A DNA stretch of 64,000 nucleotides from Mobula birostris. Taxonomy: Eukaryota. Position 1 is the stretch's first letter; each line of letters begins with the position of its first letter. The notes beneath the pieces were generated by a model that had not been told where the DNA came from, did no database searches, and saw only the letters and a program-made list of their open reading frames with translations. The DNA is taken from the NCBI RefSeq assembly GCF_030028105.1, contig NC_092376.1, positions 37,248,935 through 37,312,934 of the forward strand, read 5' to 3'. The translations under genes were made by a program, and so were the position numbers. Below are positions 63,043-64,000 of the stretch, piece after piece.

Positions 63043-63612
63043 CACTCAGTGGCCATATTATTAGGTACCTCCTGAACCTAATATAGCGACGACTGAGTGT
63101 ATGCTTGTGCTCTTCTGCTGCTGTAGCCCATTCACTTCAAAGGTTCAATATGTTGTGCATTCAGACATGCTCTTCTGCAAACCACTGTTGTAACTTATGG
63201 TTATTTGAGTTACTGTCACCTTCCTGTCAGCTTGAACCAGTCCCAGTCGTTCTCCTCTGATCTCTATAATTAACAAGGCGTTTTTATCCCACAGAACTGC
63301 CACTCACTAGATTTTTATTTTGTTTTTCACATCATTATCTGTAAACTCTGGAGACTATTGTGCGTAAAAATTCCCAAGAGATCGGCAGTTTCTCAGATAC
63401 TCAAGCCACCACATCTGGCACCATCAATCATTCCACGGTCAAAGTCACTTAGATCATATTTCTTCACCATTCTGATGTTTGGTCTGAACAACAACTGAAC
63501 CTTTTGACCGTGTCTGCATGTTGCATTGAGTTGCTGTCACATGATTGGCTGATTAGATAATTGCACTAACGAGCAGATGTGCAGTTGTACTTAATAAAGT
63601 GGCCACTGAGTG
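63043..63612. mobile_element. TA-target (Tc1/mariner) MITE
   Basis: TA-cactcagtggcca...tggccactgagtg-TA. Confidence 0.92.
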
Positions 63613-63784
63613 TATGACCAATAACATAGAGGGGTGCTGATGTTGAAATATAATTCTGTGAAAATAGCATTTAATTGTGCAAATTAAATTAGTTATCTTT
63701 AAAAAGTAGTTTAAGTACTCAGTATCACACATAAAAGTTGCTGGTGAACGCAGCAGGCCAGGCAGCATCTCTAGGAAGAGGTGT

Positions 63785-63820
63785 AGTTGACGTTTCAGGC
63801 CGAGACCCTTCATCAGGACT
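63785..63820 (-). ncRNA. Minimal type I hammerhead ribozyme motif
   Basis: agtc CTGATGA agggtctcggcct GAAAC GTC aact (one stem I mismatch). Confidence 0.72.
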
Positions 63821-63839
63821 AACTGAAGGACTAACAGTT

Positions 63840-63875
63840 AGTCCTGACGAAGGGTCTCGGCCTGAAACGTTGACT
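63840..63875 (+). ncRNA. Minimal type I hammerhead ribozyme motif
   Basis: agtc CTGACGA agggtctcggcct GAAAC GTT gact; stem I agtc/gact, stem II agg/cct, palindromic ACGT stem III. Confidence 0.75.
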
Positions 63876-64000
63876 GCACCTCTTCCTAGAGATGCTGCCT
63901 GGCCTGCTGCGTTTACCAGCAACTTTTAAGTACTCAGTATGTTCTAATTCCTATTTGATGAGAACATGATTTACCTAAATTGAAAAGAAATAAAAAGTGT

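Larger units (their letters stand above)
63726..63924. mobile_element. Fold-back PLE terminal insertion with 16-bp TSD and two opposed hammerheads
   Basis: tttaagtactcagtat at 63710-63725 and 63925-63940; ~90-bp inverted arms nearly identical to 55331-55422. Confidence 0.93.

Noticed and set aside
63725-63929. Near-identical ORFs on both strands
   Set aside because: Consequence of the fold-back repeat, not proteins.
1-64000. CRISPR arrays, operons, rRNA/tRNA genes, TnpB/Fanzor or viral genes
   Set aside because: No regularly spaced repeat-spacer array or corresponding protein motifs seen; tRNA-like sequence occurs only in decayed SINE heads.

Overview
Eukaryotic, repeat-dense vertebrate DNA. 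The mix of CR1, Rex-Babar, L1, Penelope-like elements and V-SINEs suggests a cartilaginous fish (inference). Over half the window is transposon-derived: CR1 LINEs, one full-length L1 inside a three-level nest, Rex-Babar fragments, Penelope-like elements (PLEs) with minimal hammerhead ribozyme motifs, a Tc1, a hAT-Charlie derivative, TA-target MITEs and a solo LTR. Nearly all ORFs in the supplied track are TE fragments or noise. The main finding lies in the unique DNA between repeats: about 12 + strand exon-like blocks (~190 to ~61950), most with canonical AG/GT boundaries. Read through stops and frameshifts, their translations reproduce GREB1/GREB1L motifs in the correct order (circularly permuted SF2 helicase-like region, TAGT glycosyltransferase, C-terminal domain). 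The sequence is far more diverged than expected for a GREB1 or GREB1L ortholog. It looks like a disabled, possibly undescribed third GREB1-family paralog in which one 287-codon stretch remains open. The GREB1 comparison uses my recollection of the human proteins and needs a real homology search. A second theme is three TSD-flanked fold-back PLE insertions that turn around at or beside the hammerhead.
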